Assembly (NCBI GenBank): GCA_018645365.1
Contig: JABGOP010000001.1
Span: 171,024-235,023, forward strand
From: Candidatus Cloacimonadota bacterium
Lineage (GTDB): Bacteria > Cloacimonadota > Cloacimonadia > Cloacimonadales > TCS61
DNA: 64,000 nt
Reading direction: 5' to 3'
Under the pieces are notes generated by a model, which did not search any database, was not told the origin of the DNA, and worked only from the letters and a program-made list of their open reading frames with translations. Position 1 is the stretch's first letter. Each line of letters starts with the position of its first letter. The translations under genes were made by a program, and so were the position numbers. Shown piece after piece: positions 40,947 to 52,594 of this stretch.

Positions 40947-42005
40947 ATGAAAAACAAAACGATTCTTTTGACGCTAGTATTAGCGTTCGTACTGCCTATT
41001 TTTATTTATGCGACTACCAATGCTGCTGTGATTTTTCTATTGATAGAACCGAGTGCACGTGCAAGTGCAATGGGTGAAGCATATGTTGCCCAAGTTGACG
41101 ATGGCTTTGCCGGATATTGGAATCCTGGAGCGATGGCATTCAACCGTAAAACACAATTTGCCAGTATGTACTCAAATTGGTTTGGTGAAATTTTTTATGA
41201 CATGTATTATTTTCATGCTGCCGGGAACCAATACATTGATGGCGTGGGAAATTTGGGTGTTAATTTCACCTATATGACTTATGGTAGTCAAGACAAAACA
41301 GATGAAAATGGTGAAACGATTTATTCATTTGAAAGTTATGATTTGTCTATTGCGACCACCTACGCATCTCAAATTACCTCAAACATAGGTTTAGGAACAA
41401 CATTTAAATTTATCCTGAGTGACCTTGACCCAGAGGCTACAAAAGGGTTGGGATTAAGTTATGCATTTGACATTGGCTACAAACAGAAAAATATTTTTAC
41501 AGTTCCAAATTTAGCTTTTGGTTTTAATTTACAAAATATAGGACCCGACATTGTTTATCTTGATGATTCAAATGCAGATCCACTTCCAATGAATTTCAGA
41601 ATGGGTTTTTCTTTTATTCCAGTAAATAGTCAACTTAGCAAACTTACGATCAATGCAGATATGAATAAGGTTTTAGCAAATCGTGATCCACTTTACAAAC
41701 GCTTTTTTACAGCGTGGATAGATGACAACACTTACGCAGATTTTGATTCTTTTAATAATTTTATTAATTCAACAGAAATTCGTGAAATTGTGTGGAGTCT
41801 CGGTGCAGAGTATGACTATTTAAATCTTTTATCATTGCGTGGTGGCTATATTTTAGATAGAGCTGGCGAGATAAAAGGTCCAAGTTTTGGTGCTGGCTTT
41901 CATTATGAATTGAATGAATATTTGGTAAAAATAGATTATTCATTCCAACCAGCTGGCGGTTTGCAAGATTACAACCAAACTCTTTCAGTTGGTGTAGATT
42001 TCTAA
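40947..42005 (+). CDS. Outer-membrane beta-barrel, PorV/LptO-like (FadL-fold)
   Basis: Signal peptide. The N-terminal motif SARASAMGEAYVAQVDDGFAGYWNPGAMAF resembles the PorV/UPF0164 signature. The sequence shows an alternating beta-strand pattern and a C-terminal aromatic residue (VDF). Confidence 0.5.
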   Translation: MKNKTILLTLVLAFVLPIFIYATTNAAVIFLLIEPSARASAMGEAYVAQVDDGFAGYWNPGAMAFNRKTQFASMYSNWFGEIFYDMYYFHAAGNQYIDGVGNLGVNFTYMTYGSQDKTDENGETIYSFESYDLSIATTYASQITSNIGLGTTFKFILSDLDPEATKGLGLSYAFDIGYKQKNIFTVPNLAFGFNLQNIGPDIVYLDDSNADPLPMNFRMGFSFIPVNSQLSKLTINADMNKVLANRDPLYKRFFTAWIDDNTYADFDSFNNFINSTEIREIVWSLGAEYDYLNLLSLRGGYILDRAGEIKGPSFGAGFHYELNEYLVKIDYSFQPAGGLQDYNQTLSVGVDF

Positions 42006-42008
42006 AGA

Positions 42009-45000
42009 ATGAAGAAGATTTTGTTTGTTCTCGTGCTATTTTTTGCATTTTTTTTAAATGCAGAAAAGATAGCCGTTTCCAAAAAATATCAGAAAGAAAT
42101 TACGCACAAACAGGAAACACATCCATTAGAAAAACGGTTTGGTGGCGTCAATAAAAATAATAATCGGATGCCAAATTCTGATAAATTACTCATTTTATTA
42201 CTCGAGTTTTCAGGTGAGGAAGAAATCGATAATTCAGAAACAACAGGCAATGGCTGTTTTGTGCAAGATCCAGCAAACTACCCCATTTCCATCGGAAAAC
42301 CACCGCATGATTATGGTTATTTTATGGATATTTCAGAAGCCTTAAAGGAATATTATCTTGCTGTGAGTTATGAAACATATTCACTAAATATTGATGTTTG
42401 CCCTATTTCTGAAAGTGGTGATTTTCACGCTTACAAATTACCTGAAACAATGAGTTACTATAACCCAGGAATGTCAGATTCAGACTTGATGGTGGAAAGA
42501 TTCCAACAATATTTTTACGATGCGTTTGCCGTTGCTGAACAGGATTCAACGCTAAATTTTAGCGATTATGGACACTATATGTTCATTCATGCAGGCTCAG
42601 ATTGGCAACACGATGTTTTGGGCGACACGCCACACGATATTCCATCTTTTTTTATTGAGATGGACGAAAATCCTTTTGTTACCGAGAGTGGTTTTGAAAT
42701 TACACACGCTTGCAATATTCCCGAAACAATTACCCAAGATGTGGAAGTGGATTCATCAGATGTCGATTTTCTGCAATACAGCAGATATGGTGTTATAAAT
42801 GCTGTAATGGTACACGAATTTGGTCACTCTATTGGCTTTGTAGATTTATATAACACCAAAAATCACACTCCCCAAGTTGGTTATTATGACATAATGGATA
42901 GCGGTGGAAGCACTATTTTGGGGTTTGGGCTCGATGAAGATGGAGATGGAACTGCTGATGCTGCTTATTATTTTGAAGGTGTATTTCCAGCGTTACCATC
43001 AGTATTTTCAAGGCTTATCCCCTTTGAAGATGTTTTTCGCCAAAACAATATATTAAAAGATATTTCTGAATTATATTTTGGTGAGAAAATTACCATTTTT
43101 CCTGCTGAATCAAAGGATAATTTTATTGGTGCAAACTCTACACATTTTGTTAAAATTCCAATAAATGACGACGAATATTATCTCATCGAAAATCGACAAG
43201 TTGACCCAGATGGCGACGGAGGAACTTATGTTTGGGCAACCGATGATGGGCGCGTTATTCTGCATCCAACTTATCCTCCTCCAAACCCCGATGAAAGCAA
43301 TAATTATGAATATGACTATCTACTTCCGGGTTGGGTAGATGAGCAATATCGTAGCATTGGTGGTGGGCTTCTCATTTGGCATATTGATGAAAAAATTCTC
43401 TATCAAAATAATAATTTTGAAAACAATACCGTCAATATTTACCACGATTATCGGGCGGTAAAAATTGTAGAAGCAGATAACATTGACGATATCGGAAATC
43501 CCTATTCGATGTATTGGAAAGGGACAGCTTATGAACCATTTTACAAATATAAACCGCTCATAAATGAAGATGGTTTTTTCACTGGTTGGGATGATGATTA
43601 CATTGTAAATCCTGAAGGTGAGATAGAATTTATTGGCAAAATTTTCAACAATGAACTTTCTGCAACTTCAAATCCAGCATTTGTGGATAATAGCGGAAAT
43701 CCGTCAATCTTTTCTATTTACGACATCAGTAGTTATGCAATAGATCCATTTCAACAACGAAATATGAGCTTCAAATTTGGCACAAATCTATTTGATGAGA
43801 CCCATAAAATTGCTGAGTTTGACTCCATTAAAGCAATCGGCTTAGTTGGTCAATTTGAGAATTATCCAATTTTCCCAGTTGTCGCAGATGAGGAACTAAA
43901 ATTTTTCACACAATCTGGCAATAGCTGGCAAAATATTTATGAAACAGCATATTTGAACGATGTGGATTTTCCGATTGCAACTTGTTTTGATAACGAAAAT
44001 GACCGTGATAAATTTACATTCGTTAGTGAAAATAGCATAAATTTTGTTAATACCGAAAATTCGGAAATGCAAATATTTTTCTCAAATGTTTCAGGTGCAC
44101 CACTTTTAATTGAAAACTGGTATTCGCCACTCACGGTAATTCCAACCGAAGATTCACTTTTTGTGGGTGATTTTGCATTAAATATTCAAAATGCGAAATG
44201 TACATTTGATGGTGAACATTTAATTGTGGCATCAGAGAATAAGATTCAATTTATTCCAGATTTAGATTTAGAGGGAGCACCATATTACGAAGTGGAAATT
44301 GCGAATTATGACCCCAAATTTCTGCCGGTTAGTTTTGACGAAATTGGCGGTTCACAAAATGATGCAACTTTTGTACAAAATGCGAATGGCGATATTTTCA
44401 AGATTAAAGATGATGTAGCGGAAAAGATTTTTAGCTTAGCCCCATATTCGGATAAGGCACCATCTCAGCTTGCGTTGTGCAAAATGGATGAGCAGATTTA
44501 TCTCACTTTCGGAGCTGAAAATCGTGTTTTTGCTATTACCTTAAATGGTACTTTGAAAAGTGGTTTTCCGACATATTTAGAACACAAATCTATAAAATCG
44601 GAAAAATTTCCGCGTGTCATAAAATTTGGCGAAGATATAATTACTCTCTTGGAAGAGGAAAATGGTGGCTATGTTGCCATCGATCAAAATGGCGATTTTA
44701 GAATGGAATATTCATTTTATTGGCGTAAAAATAATTTAGATGACCATTTTTATTGGGACGAAATAACTTCTCGACTTTACTACATTTATGCTGATAAAGA
44801 GCATAAATTATACTCCGCATTTTTAGGAAATATTACGGAAAATCCAATAATGTGGAATGGTTTTCGAAATGGAAAATACTCGATTTTTGAGAATGAAATT
44901 ACCACTTTCGAACCAGAAACCGAAACACTTGTTGCTTTCGCTTTTCCAAATCCAGCACGAAACGGTGAAGTGCGTATCAGAGTTGAGAATGCGGCAGAGA

Positions 45001-45182
45001 AAATTGAGATTAAAATTTTCAATATTGCTGGAAATTTATTGGAAAATGTTAAAATTTCAAAAGAAAATAATTTGCATCAAGATTTTCGGTGGGATGTACA
45101 GAATATTGCATCTGGCGTTTATTTCGCGATTGTAAAATCTGGTAGTGAAATGGTGAAAATTCCGTTTGCGGTGATTCATTAG
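42009..45182 (+). CDS. Large secreted zinc metalloprotease (M6/InhA-like HEFGH) with a C-terminal T9SS-type sorting domain
   Basis: Signal peptide. MVHEFGHSIGFVDLYN resembles the M6 HExxHxxGxxDxY motif. The last roughly 80 aa (AFPNPARNGEVRIRV...GVYFAIVKSG...IPFAVIH) look like a Por-secretion CTD. Confidence 0.6.
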   Translation: MKKILFVLVLFFAFFLNAEKIAVSKKYQKEITHKQETHPLEKRFGGVNKNNNRMPNSDKLLILLLEFSGEEEIDNSETTGNGCFVQDPANYPISIGKPPHDYGYFMDISEALKEYYLAVSYETYSLNIDVCPISESGDFHAYKLPETMSYYNPGMSDSDLMVERFQQYFYDAFAVAEQDSTLNFSDYGHYMFIHAGSDWQHDVLGDTPHDIPSFFIEMDENPFVTESGFEITHACNIPETITQDVEVDSSDVDFLQYSRYGVINAVMVHEFGHSIGFVDLYNTKNHTPQVGYYDIMDSGGSTILGFGLDEDGDGTADAAYYFEGVFPALPSVFSRLIPFEDVFRQNNILKDISELYFGEKITIFPAESKDNFIGANSTHFVKIPINDDEYYLIENRQVDPDGDGGTYVWATDDGRVILHPTYPPPNPDESNNYEYDYLLPGWVDEQYRSIGGGLLIWHIDEKILYQNNNFENNTVNIYHDYRAVKIVEADNIDDIGNPYSMYWKGTAYEPFYKYKPLINEDGFFTGWDDDYIVNPEGEIEFIGKIFNNELSATSNPAFVDNSGNPSIFSIYDISSYAIDPFQQRNMSFKFGTNLFDETHKIAEFDSIKAIGLVGQFENYPIFPVVADEELKFFTQSGNSWQNIYETAYLNDVDFPIATCFDNENDRDKFTFVSENSINFVNTENSEMQIFFSNVSGAPLLIENWYSPLTVIPTEDSLFVGDFALNIQNAKCTFDGEHLIVASENKIQFIPDLDLEGAPYYEVEIANYDPKFLPVSFDEIGGSQNDATFVQNANGDIFKIKDDVAEKIFSLAPYSDKAPSQLALCKMDEQIYLTFGAENRVFAITLNGTLKSGFPTYLEHKSIKSEKFPRVIKFGEDIITLLEEENGGYVAIDQNGDFRMEYSFYWRKNNLDDHFYWDEITSRLYYIYADKEHKLYSAFLGNITENPIMWNGFRNGKYSIFENEITTFEPETETLVAFAFPNPARNGEVRIRVENAAEKIEIKIFNIAGNLLENVKISKENNLHQDFRWDVQNIASGVYFAIVKSGSEMVKIPFAVIH

Positions 45183-45193
45183 GTGGAACAAAA

Positions 45194-45865
45194 ATGAAAA
45201 AAATATTTTTTGTAATTTTGTTAATAACATTATTTTCGGGACTTTTCGCACAGGAATATTCCAAACTAAAGGCAATGGCATTTTCTGTAGTTTTGCCTGG
45301 TACGGGGGAGCTTTACACCAAAAAATATAACAAGGCGGCAACATTTTTTGTGGTGGAATTGGCTACTGTTTTTGCTTATTTGAGATTAAAAAATGAGACC
45401 GAATGGGCGACTAATTCTTTTCAGCAATTTGCCAATTCAAATGCCGAAGTTCCAATAAATAGTGATGATGAATATTATCAACAAATTCAAGATTACGAGA
45501 GCAGTGACGCGTATAATGAAAATATTATTTTAGCGGCTCGTAACTATTTTCTTATTTACAAAAATGACCCAGAAGGATATGAAAATTACCTTGCGAATAA
45601 TTTGATTTCTGGTAATCAAGAGTGGGATTGGGGAACGGAAAGAAATTGGGTAAAATACCAAAATATGCGACGAACTCGACAAAATTTATTAATTTATACC
45701 AAATTTACTTTTGCCGCAGCAATTTTGAACCGTCTTGTCAGTATGGTGGATTCCGCCATTTCTGCACGCAATGCAAATAATGAAAAGTCAGTTTTAAGTA
45801 ATTTGAAAATTAAGCCAGATTGGCAGAGAAAGGGTTTTCAGATTTCTTATGAACATAAATTTTAA
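45194..45865 (+). CDS. Hypothetical membrane-associated protein, DUF5683-like
   Basis: Signal peptide, then SVVLPGTGELYTKKYNKA and a hydrophobic helix. Length is 223 aa. Confidence 0.4.
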   Translation: MKKIFFVILLITLFSGLFAQEYSKLKAMAFSVVLPGTGELYTKKYNKAATFFVVELATVFAYLRLKNETEWATNSFQQFANSNAEVPINSDDEYYQQIQDYESSDAYNENIILAARNYFLIYKNDPEGYENYLANNLISGNQEWDWGTERNWVKYQNMRRTRQNLLIYTKFTFAAAILNRLVSMVDSAISARNANNEKSVLSNLKIKPDWQRKGFQISYEHKF

Positions 45866-45894
45866 AAACAAAAAATAAAAAACGGAGAGAAAAA

Positions 45895-47424
45895 ATGTCA
45901 TTGGTAATTACAGGAAACGATCTTAAAATCGAAGATGTCTATCGTGTAGCACACGGTTTGGAGAAAGTGGAGCTTCATCCAGAAGCAAAAGAGAGAATTG
46001 TAAAATGCCGTACTTTTATCGAAACAAAAATAGAAGAAGGCGAAACTATGTACGGCGTGAATACTGGTATCGGTGAATTTTCAGAAATAAAATTAGACGG
46101 TGAACAAATTAAACAATTTCAAAAATATCTGATTTATAACCATTCAGCTGGAATTGGAAAACCTGCTCCGGTCGAACATGTTCGTGGTGCGATGTTAGGC
46201 AGAATCAATGTCCACGCGCATGGGCATTCGGGTTGCAGACCAATAATCACCCAAACCTTAATTGAAATGCTGAACAAGGGTGTTACCCCAGTTGTTTGTG
46301 AAAAGGGTAGTGTTGGAGCGAGTGGTGACCTTGCACCGATGAGCCAAATCGCTCTTCTCTTGATGGGGGAAGGTGAAGCATTTTTTGAAGGAAATCGTTA
46401 TTCTGGAAAAGAAGCACTCGAAAAAGCAGGAATTGAAATTCCAGGTTTACAAGCTCGCGATGGGCTCGCAACTATTAATGGTAGCAATCTTTTAACTGCA
46501 ATGTCAGCACTCATTATTTATGAAACTGAACGATTTTTCAAACAGGCAGAAATTGCTGCGGCAATGACATTGGAAGCTTTGATGGCAAACCTCAAACCTT
46601 ATGATGAGCGACTTCACGAATTGCGTGGGTTTCAAGGTGCAGTTACGTCTGCTGGAAATATTCGCCGTATTATCGAAGATTCTGATCTTCTCAAAGGTAA
46701 AGTTAAGGTTCGTGTTCAAGATGCTTACAGTATGCGTTCCACTCCGCAAGTTATCGGTGCTGCTCGCGACCAATTGCGTTGGGCTCGTAGTCAAGTTGAA
46801 ATTGAATTAAATGGTGTTGGCGACAATCCTATTTTTCTTCCTGAAGATGGAATTGTTTTGACTGGTGCAAATTTTCAAGGTTCACCAGTTGCCGTCCCAA
46901 TGGATATGTTAGGCTCGGTTATCACAATGGTTTGTGTTATTTCGGAAAGAAGATTAAATCGTCTTTTGAATCCAGCTCTCAGCGTTGGATTACCAGCATT
47001 TCTCACTAAAGGCGCAGGAATGTTCTCGGGGCATATGCTCAGTCAATATACCGCAGACATGATGATTGTGGAACAGCGCATTCTATCTACGCCAGCTTCA
47101 ATGCATTCTATCCCAGCTGCTGCGGATCAAGAAGATTTCGTTAGTATGGGAATGAATACAGCTCTCAAAACTCGCCAAATTTTGGAAAATGCTTATGGGA
47201 TTTTGGGAATTGAATTTATCGCGGCGGCACAAGCTCTTGATTTTCGTGAATATACACCGGGCGCCGGAACGCGTGCTGGTCATAGAGCAGTTCGTAAAGT
47301 GGTAGATCATCTCGATGTGGACCGTCCTTTGTTCGATGATCATAACAACATGATGGAATTGGTAAAATCTCGTGCAATTTTACATGCAGTAGAAGCAGAA
47401 ATTGGCACATTAAAAATTTACTAA
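45895..47424 (+). CDS. hutH: Histidine ammonia-lyase (MIO-dependent lyase family)
   Basis: The MIO-forming triad lies in GSVGASGDLAPMS. NHSAGIG retains the His typical of HAL. Length is 509 aa. Confidence 0.8.
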   Translation: MSLVITGNDLKIEDVYRVAHGLEKVELHPEAKERIVKCRTFIETKIEEGETMYGVNTGIGEFSEIKLDGEQIKQFQKYLIYNHSAGIGKPAPVEHVRGAMLGRINVHAHGHSGCRPIITQTLIEMLNKGVTPVVCEKGSVGASGDLAPMSQIALLLMGEGEAFFEGNRYSGKEALEKAGIEIPGLQARDGLATINGSNLLTAMSALIIYETERFFKQAEIAAAMTLEALMANLKPYDERLHELRGFQGAVTSAGNIRRIIEDSDLLKGKVKVRVQDAYSMRSTPQVIGAARDQLRWARSQVEIELNGVGDNPIFLPEDGIVLTGANFQGSPVAVPMDMLGSVITMVCVISERRLNRLLNPALSVGLPAFLTKGAGMFSGHMLSQYTADMMIVEQRILSTPASMHSIPAAADQEDFVSMGMNTALKTRQILENAYGILGIEFIAAAQALDFREYTPGAGTRAGHRAVRKVVDHLDVDRPLFDDHNNMMELVKSRAILHAVEAEIGTLKIY

Positions 47425-47443
47425 AAGAGTAATATAATTATAG

Positions 47444-47470
47444 AAAAACCCCACTAAACGTGGGGTTTTT
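47444..47470. terminator. Bidirectional rho-independent terminator between convergent hutH and the U32 gene
   Basis: aaaaaCCCCACtaaacGTGGGGttttt, with an A-run on one side and a T-run on the other. Confidence 0.8.
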
Positions 47471-49444
47471 CTAATTTAGACCATTCTTGAAATTAAAATT
47501 TGAACTTGGTTGTTCGGCTGTCGAATTGTGAAATTTTTTCAAAATCCGATTAAACCTTTTTTGGGATGGTTTTTCAAAAGAGAAATCTAACAAAAAGTTG
47601 CGAAATCCAACTTTGTAATAAGAATCTTTATACTGTAAAAGGGAAGTTGGCAATGGTGAGATAACGCGTGTAATGTTATTTTTAATCACTTTTTCATACT
47701 CGTAATCTTTATCGCTAAAAGGATTTTCAGCCTCGACAGGCATTCTCGAATAAAAAAGTTCGGGATGAAAAAATAGCGGTACAATTCCTTTTCTATCTTT
47801 ACCTTTTTGTAGATTTTCAGCATCATTTTCGAGTGGATAAATGTAGGAATCAACATTGTTTTCTTTCAAAAATTGAATTGCCACATCATTGAGAGAATAA
47901 ACATTTTCACTTGCTAAAATAGTAATGTCATTGCGTTTTGGCAAAGCATCTAATTGTGAAATATGACTAATCATAAACTTTCTCACTCCGTTTTTATAGA
48001 AAAGTAGACATAAACTTTTGTAGAAGCCAATGTTGTTTTCGGAGATAAATTTTGGCAATTGTAAAACTAATTTAGCAATCTGTTTTTGTAAAAAGGGATT
48101 TTGTAAATCAAAATCAGCCCACTCTTTTTTGGGTAAATTCAAAATGAGATAATTAATATTGTCAAAATAAATTTTCCGTAACCATTTCAGCGAATCAATG
48201 CGTGCATAAATAGTGAAGATTTTTGGTGTTTTTATGGAACCGATTTGAGCTAAAATGTTTTGTTTTTGCCTTTTTGGCATTTGAGTTTGAAGGCGTTTTC
48301 CATCTTTTGAAAATTTATTTTTGAATCTTTTTTCAGAAAGCCCAATTAAAAAAACCTTATCATTAACTGTAAAATTATGGTTTTCAGAAACGATAGTCGT
48401 GCTTTCATCTATGTGGTGTAACTCTTTAATTTTAAGGGCATTAGTATTCATTCCATCTTGTGTTTGAACGCGTATTCTGTCGCGAATTTTGAGAGAATGA
48501 TTGTTCTGGAAAGTGAAGTTATTCTTAGATATTTCGGAAATGTTGCCGAGATGAATTCCAACAAATGGATTTTCAGTAATGGCATTTTTTACGTTTTGCC
48601 CGAAAAAATAGGTAGTTTTTTCGCGACCAAAATCGTATTGCAAAATTTGTTTTGCTTCTTCAATTTTATGCGGATTGTCAATCACCATTCGATATGCTTT
48701 TGCTACTCGATAAACATATTCTGCCGACTTCATTCTGCCTTCTATTTTTAGTGATGAAATACCGATTTCCATGATTTTTGGAACTTGTTCGATGAGTTGA
48801 ATATCTTTTAATGAAAAGAAATATTTTCCTTTTGCATTATTTTGGTAAATGCGACGACATGGTTGTCGACACTTACCACGATTTGCACTCATTCCACCGA
48901 GATAACTACTAAAAAGACACATTCCTGAAAAAGAATAACAAAGTGCACCGTGTACAAAAGTTTCTAGCTCAATGTTCGATTTTTTTTTGATTTTCACAAG
49001 TTCTTCAAAGGTTAATTCGCGTGCTAAAATTACGCGTTCAAAATTCAGTTTTTCAGCAAAATTTGCTCCGATTGAATTATGAAATCCCATTTGGGTAGAA
49101 GCATGAAGTGGGATTTGTGGAAAATATTTTTTCAATAAATAATACACCCCTAAATCTTGAACAATAATTGCAGAAATAGTGGTTTGAGAAAGGAGATAAA
49201 GAGTGTCTAAAAGCTGTGATAATTCATTGTTCTTGATAAGTGTATTCAAGGTAAGATACACTTTTTTGTTTTGTTTTTCACTTTCTTTTAGAAGAGCTTG
49301 CAATTGATTTAGTGCAAAATTTTTGGCTCGATCCCGTGCATTGAAATTACGCAAACCAAGATAAATAGCATCTGCACCACCTTCGAGTGCCGCAAAAAAA
49401 GCTTCGGTATTTCCAACGGGGAGAAGTAATTCTGGTTTATTCAT
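47471..49444 (-). CDS. Peptidase-U32-family protein, long form (657 aa)
   Basis: [12 protein letters not shown]..., conserved GADAIYLG, Cys-rich core [15 protein letters not shown] and GKCRQPCRR. There is an 8-nt overlap with ispF. Confidence 0.8.
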   Translation of the reverse strand: MNKPELLLPVGNTEAFFAALEGGADAIYLGLRNFNARDRAKNFALNQLQALLKESEKQNKKVYLTLNTLIKNNELSQLLDTLYLLSQTTISAIIVQDLGVYYLLKKYFPQIPLHASTQMGFHNSIGANFAEKLNFERVILARELTFEELVKIKKKSNIELETFVHGALCYSFSGMCLFSSYLGGMSANRGKCRQPCRRIYQNNAKGKYFFSLKDIQLIEQVPKIMEIGISSLKIEGRMKSAEYVYRVAKAYRMVIDNPHKIEEAKQILQYDFGREKTTYFFGQNVKNAITENPFVGIHLGNISEISKNNFTFQNNHSLKIRDRIRVQTQDGMNTNALKIKELHHIDESTTIVSENHNFTVNDKVFLIGLSEKRFKNKFSKDGKRLQTQMPKRQKQNILAQIGSIKTPKIFTIYARIDSLKWLRKIYFDNINYLILNLPKKEWADFDLQNPFLQKQIAKLVLQLPKFISENNIGFYKSLCLLFYKNGVRKFMISHISQLDALPKRNDITILASENVYSLNDVAIQFLKENNVDSYIYPLENDAENLQKGKDRKGIVPLFFHPELFYSRMPVEAENPFSDKDYEYEKVIKNNITRVISPLPTSLLQYKDSYYKVGFRNFLLDFSFEKPSQKRFNRILKKFHNSTAEQPSSNFNFKNGLN

Positions 49445-49910
49445 TTGTTATAATTATGCCCACTGTTGCAGAAATAGCATTGCCATTTCCGGTAGTGCCG
49501 ACACCCTCTTCAGTAGTTGCTTTTACAGAAATGTTTTTTATATTAGTGTGAAGATCGTGAGAAATGTTTTCTCGCATCTGTAAAATAAATTTTTGTAATT
49601 TTGGTTTTTCTGCACAAATGGTAGCATCCATATTTCCAACCTTATAGCCCTCTTGGGACATTAATTTTGCAACATGTCGCAATAAAATACGACTGTCAAT
49701 ATTTTTGAAATTTTCATCAGAATCAGGGAAAAGTTGCCCAATATCACCTTTTGCCAAAGCTCCTAAAATTGCGTCAATAATTGCGTGAATTAATACATCC
49801 GCATCCGAGTGACCGAGTAAACCTTTTTCAAAGGGAATTTCAATTCCACCCAAAATTAGTTTACGATTTTCCACTAATTTGTGTACATCATACCCATATC
49901 CTATTCTCAT
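49437..49910 (-). CDS. ispF: 2-C-methyl-D-erythritol 2,4-cyclodiphosphate synthase
   Basis: [21 protein letters not shown] and PKL..F signatures. Length is 157 aa. Confidence 0.93.
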   Translation of the reverse strand: MRIGYGYDVHKLVENRKLILGGIEIPFEKGLLGHSDADVLIHAIIDAILGALAKGDIGQLFPDSDENFKNIDSRILLRHVAKLMSQEGYKVGNMDATICAEKPKLQKFILQMRENISHDLHTNIKNISVKATTEEGVGTTGNGNAISATVGIIITNE

Positions 49911-49915
49911 ATTTT

Positions 49916-52594
49916 TTAGTCCACCGTAATGGATTTTGAAACATTTTTGGGAACATCGGGGTGAACGCCGTGGTCGGCAATTCCCAGAATGTCCAATTTT
50001 TCCATTTTCCTGATACTCATTTTAAGAGCCAGTAATTGCAAGACTATCGTCGAAGAAAAAACGGTCATCAATGCATCTCCAGTTTTTGGAAGTGGAATAT
50101 ATCCCCAACCATAATAACCGTTGTCATGCGGATTTGTACGAACATTTTGCAACAATTCTTCATTTTCTTCTGCAATAATAAAACCATCTGCGCCTCTAAT
50201 TTTATGAGTATTAATTTGTGAAATTGTTAAATTTACATCTCTATCATCTGGTCCTGTGATATATATAATTGGGTAATTTCGATATCCTTCTTCAAAAAAA
50301 TCAAAATCCGTAACAATCTCATTAAATAATTTTGTTCCAATTTTTGTAAGGTTAAACGGTTTTATTTTTTTAAATGAATATGTGCTAATTGCCTTAGCTA
50401 TTTTTCTGCGTTCGCCACTTGGAATTTTACGTTCTTCGGCAAGTTTTTCCATCTTATCAATGGTGTTGTTGTAGTGTTTCATCATTGCTTTAATATGCTT
50501 AATTCCAAATACTGTATTTTTCCCTAAAATTGTGTTTGGACCATGTTTGAACTCAGAAGCTTCACCCCCCTCAGTGTGATTTAAAACAGTTTCACGAATT
50601 TTTAATGCTCCCTCTTTTGCCACACCCGTAATTTTGGTGGCAGCAATATGAATAGATGGCTCCATGTATATTTTTGAAGAGACATACTCAATTTGTTCTT
50701 TTGTGTTATTTATTGTTGCTTCAATTAAAGTAGGAATATCATTTAACGATTTAAAACGAGCTTCTAGTTTTTTGGAAGCAGCTTCATCATCAACATTTTT
50801 TAAGATCATTTCTGAAACCTTAATGGCAAGATAGTAGAAAAGAGTTAGTTGATTTATGAAGCTTTTAGTGGCGGGGACGGCAATTTCTGGTCCACAATAA
50901 ATTGGAATTGACACATCACTTTTTTCTTGCCCCAAAGTGGAATTCATGTTGTTAGCTAAAACAATTAATTTGATATCTAATCCGGAGCTTTCGACATCAT
51001 TGAAAATATCGATAAGGTCTTTTGTTTCACCGCTTTGCGAGACACCAATAATGACATCATTATCTCTTAAACTTTTCGAATATTGCCCTCTAAAATCACC
51101 CGGCAAAATAGGAATAATTTCAATTCCTGCAATTTCATTAAAAAATAAAGAGGCTGTTTTTGTTGCGTGAAATGAAGTTCCGCAAGCGATAGTGTAAATG
51201 TTTCGATTTTCATTTGCCGTATTTTCGATTAATTCGATAAAATGAGCAACACTTTCATTGAATTCATCGACATCATTTTTTTCAATAATTGCATCTAATG
51301 CTTTTGAAATAAGAAATTTTTTCTTATCGAATTTTGAGTTTAAAAGATCAATAAATGTGTTTTTTTCGGAAGAGAAAAAATATTTTTTCTCAAAATTTTC
51401 TTTGACAACTTCAGCGTATAATGGATAGCATTTTTCAATAACTTTTTGATAATATTTATCTGCAATTTCTGTTTGATTAAACTCTAAAAATAATTTATTT
51501 TTAGCTTCATAATTTTCTGTTTGAATGATAATTTCAACTAATTCATTAAATTTTTTCAACAGATTTTCTTTTATTAAAAGATTAACTATTTGTTTACCTG
51601 TATTAGAGCCACCTTGAAAAAGTTTTATCAATTTCCCTGAAGATTCAATTTCAGCATTAATTTCTTGTTCCATAAAGTATTTAAATTGAGGTAGAAGTTC
51701 AGTGTCTTCGGCGCGAAGCTTAGAAAACACTGCTTTTTTCTTTATTTTTTCGCCAGTATTAATTATTAAATCAGGTTTATTAGAACGCTTTATTTTTAAA
51801 TCTTTAAAAGCAAAAACAAAAAAAGTATTATTGCTAAACTCAATGCATTCACCTTCCCGAAGAGTTATTAAATTTTTGGTAAAGCGTAAAACTGCCGTAA
51901 GGTCGGAGGATGCTAAACCAAAATTATTTCCATCAATTTCTCCAACGCCAAAATATAAGCTACTGCCAGCTTTTATTGCGTAAGAAATTTCCGTAATTGG
52001 ATCTACAATTACAGCCGCATAAGAACCAACCATTTTTACCGAAGCATTAATGATTGCAGCTCGCATACATTTTTTCCTAATTTCAGTTTGATTTTGTTTT
52101 GAGATAGAATATTTATCCAATTCATTATCAAAATAGTGCTCAATTGTATGAACAAGCATTTCTCCATCATTGTCCGAAACAACATTATGACCTTCCGAAA
52201 GGAGAAAATTTTTTAGTTCACGCGTGTTGGTGATATTGCCATTGTGTGCACCGTAAATATGTTTTTTGCATTTAACTTCGTGCGGTTGGGCATTTTTCTT
52301 TGTTACTGCTCCAAAAGTAGCCCACCGTACTTGACCACAAAAGATTTTGCCACTTTCATTTTCAATGCCAAGAGTTTTTACAAGTGTGCTTGGAGCGCCA
52401 ACATCTTTTAAAAGTGTTATATTTGTACACCTTTCTTTTTGGAAAGCTGCGCCAGTTGAATCGTAGCCACGATATTCGAGAGCTCGCAAAAGAGTAGATG
52501 CATATTTCCCCAAATTTAGGGAAACTTTTGCTAAACTCATTCCCAAAACGCCACAACCAACACCTAAAATAGGTATGTAAAATATGAATTTCAT
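49916..52594 (-). CDS. Oversized GlmS-like protein: class-II (Ntn) glutamine amidotransferase + two SIS domains (892 aa)
   Basis: CGVLG nucleophile context, RGYDSTG, NGNITN, SIS motifs ACGTSFHA and [10 protein letters not shown], and a C-terminal [11 protein letters not shown] that parallels the GlmS ...AKSVTVE. Confidence 0.7.
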   Translation of the reverse strand: MKFIFYIPILGVGCGVLGMSLAKVSLNLGKYASTLLRALEYRGYDSTGAAFQKERCTNITLLKDVGAPSTLVKTLGIENESGKIFCGQVRWATFGAVTKKNAQPHEVKCKKHIYGAHNGNITNTRELKNFLLSEGHNVVSDNDGEMLVHTIEHYFDNELDKYSISKQNQTEIRKKCMRAAIINASVKMVGSYAAVIVDPITEISYAIKAGSSLYFGVGEIDGNNFGLASSDLTAVLRFTKNLITLREGECIEFSNNTFFVFAFKDLKIKRSNKPDLIINTGEKIKKKAVFSKLRAEDTELLPQFKYFMEQEINAEIESSGKLIKLFQGGSNTGKQIVNLLIKENLLKKFNELVEIIIQTENYEAKNKLFLEFNQTEIADKYYQKVIEKCYPLYAEVVKENFEKKYFFSSEKNTFIDLLNSKFDKKKFLISKALDAIIEKNDVDEFNESVAHFIELIENTANENRNIYTIACGTSFHATKTASLFFNEIAGIEIIPILPGDFRGQYSKSLRDNDVIIGVSQSGETKDLIDIFNDVESSGLDIKLIVLANNMNSTLGQEKSDVSIPIYCGPEIAVPATKSFINQLTLFYYLAIKVSEMILKNVDDEAASKKLEARFKSLNDIPTLIEATINNTKEQIEYVSSKIYMEPSIHIAATKITGVAKEGALKIRETVLNHTEGGEASEFKHGPNTILGKNTVFGIKHIKAMMKHYNNTIDKMEKLAEERKIPSGERRKIAKAISTYSFKKIKPFNLTKIGTKLFNEIVTDFDFFEEGYRNYPIIYITGPDDRDVNLTISQINTHKIRGADGFIIAEENEELLQNVRTNPHDNGYYGWGYIPLPKTGDALMTVFSSTIVLQLLALKMSIRKMEKLDILGIADHGVHPDVPKNVSKSITVD

